In this document: positions 61,468-64,000 of the stretch, one piece after another | Numbering within the stretch: the first letter of the stretch is position 1 | Layout: each line of letters starts with the position of its first letter | NCBI RefSeq assembly: GCF_028641065.1 | Contig: NC_073406.1 | Location: 5,518,001-5,582,000, forward strand | Source: Leucoraja erinacea | Taxonomy: Eukaryota | Reading direction: 5' to 3' | Length of the DNA: 64,000 nt | Notes under the pieces: generated by a model | What the model was told of the DNA's origin: nothing | What the model saw: the letters and a program-made list of their open reading frames with translations, nothing else | The model's database searches: none | Program-made: the position numbers and the translations under genes

Positions 61468-62789
61468 GTAGGTGAAATTAGATTTTTCCTGAACAGCTTT
61501 GTCTCTAATCCCCGTTTCCAGCTCCATCCCAATCCTATCTCTGCTCAAACAATATTTCCTTCAAGTAAACAAAACTTTGCACCCATGGCTCTCTCAAACC
61601 ATTTGATTTCCCCATTACCTTTTGTACTAAAACTAGATATTTCGGTTTCATTTGAAACAGTTTTTATTGGGTTTTATTTTTGCCTCTTGTTTTTATTTAC
61701 TTTTGCCTCTTGCCTTGGTTACTTTACGTTTGGGTGTACTTTTAATTTTCTGAGGATTGCCTCAGTGAATTATTAACGCCAGATTTCTTCCAAACCCAAT
61801 TCCCCTTCCTAATGTTTCAGCACTCAGATTTGAGACAAACCATTCTGATTCTTTTTTCTCCACTGCAGTGCCTGGACAATTACACCAGAGCATGCTCCCT
61901 TTCTTTCCAATTCTTTCCATCCACATGCAGGGCACGCTCCTCTTACTGTGCAGGAAGGAACTGCAGATGCTGGTTTACACTAATGATGGACACAACATGC
62001 TGGAGTAACTCAGCGGAAGAAGGGTTCCGACCAAAACGTCACCATTCTTTTTCTCCAGAGATGCTGCCTGACCCTCTGAGTTACTCCAGCATTTTGTGTC
62101 TATGCTCCTTTGAATGATTGTTCAAACAAATTGTTGACTGATTAAAACACATAATCACACCATAATTGCTTCCTGGTGAATCTTGGCCAGGCTGACCTTA
62201 TTTGGCATGGACATTGTGGGTCAAAGGGCCTGTTCCTATGCTGTTCTGTGTTCTCTGACTGCTGGTTAGACAGATACAAGTTAGCATTATCCAGAGGCCA
62301 CAAGAGGGCAGAACTTACAAAACAAAATTAGCAGGGGCCATGAGATGGCAGCATTATTCATTGCCATTCAAAGTGTAATGTCTGAAACTGTGTTGAGTGA
62401 TACACAGCCTCGGGTACACAGGACAGACAAGATTTCGGGTCAGGACCTTCTTCAGACTGACAGGCGATGTTTGGAGTCGGGATCCTTTTTCAGACTTCTG
62501 TCTAGGGAACGGTCCCGACCCGAAACATCGCTTATCCATTCCCTCCATAGATGTTGCCTGACCCACTCAGTTCCTCCTACACTTTATTTTTTGCTCCTGT
62601 ACTTAATATTTTTTTTTTTTTTTTTTTTTTTTATTTCAAAATAGACTTTATTCATTGATAAATATATACAATTCCTGAACCATTCAAACAAACAAAATCA
62701 CATTTTCGGAGACTATAGTACCTTTTTAATTTTTCAAATTTCACCAAACATGCCAAACTCTGTCTTCTTCCCTTACCACCCTTTCTATC

Positions 62790-63360
62790 TGTGTCATTAC
62801 CTTTGGGAAAATTATGCTGTAATTATACTCTGCTCTACCACGTTATTTCCTGTGTAAGTCCTGTCCTGTTTTGACTTATCAAAATGCAACACTTCACCCT
62901 TGTCCCAAGTTAAGTTCCATCTACCATTCCTTGACTCACTTCCCTGGTTAATTCAGCAAACTGAAATAACCTTCTTACTGTCCACTATACCACCAAATGT
63001 GGTGTCATCTGCAGATTCACGAACAATATGAACTCTCTTGTCACCAGATCATTTATATTGATGGTAAACATCAGTGGGCCCAGCACAGAACCCTGCGGCA
63101 CACCACTGGTCACAGGCCTCCAATTGGAAAAACTATTACCCCCTGACTCCTTCCACACAACCAACTTTGAATCCAGTTAGCTAGCTCACCCTGGATCTCA
63201 TGTTATCTAACCTTCTGTTCTAGCCTACCTTGTCAAAGGCCAAGCTAAAGTCCACGTAGACAATGTCCTCCTCAATCCCCTTGGTGATCTCTTCAACAAA
63301 CTGTCAAATTAATGAGACACCATTTCCCACACACAACTCCCTGCTATCCCTAATCATCTG
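62790..63360 (-). mobile_element. CR1-like LINE RT fragment
   Basis: Reverse strand encodes [12 protein letters not shown] (about 63078-63113) and a (F/S)ADDT motif (about 63002-63016). Confidence 0.8.
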
Positions 63361-63409
63361 TGTGTTATTGGTGCAGGATTCACCAGTAAAACATCTAGGG
63401 TGAGAAAAC

Positions 63410-63580
63410 TCATCTCATTTGGCAGTATTCAAGAGAGAGTTGGATATAGCTTAGAGGGCTAACAGAATCAAGGGATATGGGGAGAAAGCAGGAATGGGGT
63501 ACAGATTCTGGATGATCAGCCATGATCATTTTGAATGGCAGTGCTCACTTGAAGGGACTACTCCTGCACCTATTTTCTCT
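63410..63580 (+). mobile_element. CR1-like LINE 3' end
   Basis: ttcaagagagagttggatatagc...atcaagggatatggggagaaagcaggaatgggg...gatcagccatgatc, the reverse of the family at 28020-28200. Confidence 0.7.
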
Positions 63581-64000
63581 GTTACTCTGTGTGAGCTCGA
63601 GTAGAACTCCCTCGTAGACCACTTCCACGTATCAGCTGGTGCTTTTGGAGCCCGAGCTTGTTAATTCTGATTTGTCCATGTGCATTAACAAGGTCCTTAA
63701 TCTATTCATCAATGCTGAGTCAGTACAACAACCCACAGGTTGTAGACTATAATTGTTACCACGCTGATGAAGGTATTAATTCTTGCTGGTTCCTATTCAC
63801 AAGCAGCAGGGTCTCTGGTGCCTCACTGTGCATACATTTCCTATGTGCCATTAAAGAACTGGATGCCAGGAAGGCGTATCCTTGGGGTCCAGCCAAGCCA
63901 ATCTCTTACCACATTTCCACACTTATTTTCCAACAGTATTTGTCATTCAGGATCTGCTGTCTTTGGAGGAGTTTTAGATGAAAACAAGGTCATTTTTTGT

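Noticed and set aside
17375-62600. Recurrent palindromic repeats as CRISPR arrays or terminators
   Set aside because: Eukaryotic sequence; copies are dispersed, variable and TSD-flanked, with no repeat-spacer periodicity or cas genes.
63658-63990. Further C1orf167-like exon near the window end
   Set aside because: An acceptor-like caacag exists at 63936, but frame and donor cannot be reconciled confidently with the previous exon; left uncalled.

Overview
Vertebrate genomic DNA, most likely a cartilaginous fish (skate/ray-type repeat landscape: HE1-like V-SINEs, Penelope-like elements, Rex/Babar and CR1 LINE debris). Three multi-exon + strand genes were reconstructed by hand from GT/AG junctions with consistent codon phase: DRAXIN (6 coding exons, 1825-14249, 351 aa), AGTRAP (5 coding exons, 20254-30501, 168 aa) and a large gene in the position of human C1orf167 (at least 12 coding exons from about 40700, over 1200 aa, no stop found before the window ends). 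This is the DRAXIN-AGTRAP-C1orf167 order known from human 1p36. Most short ORFs in the track are intronic or repeat noise. I found no wholly new gene system. The best leads are: (1) short fold-back retroposons derived from Penelope-like termini, carrying minimal hammerhead-ribozyme-like cores and 13-19 bp target-site duplications; (2) SFI1-like Trp repeats in the C1orf167-like protein; (3) a candidate alternative last exon of AGTRAP; (4) a probable assembly chimera at a Penelope insertion; (5) several local duplications and hairpins. All family assignments come from motif recognition; no database search was run.
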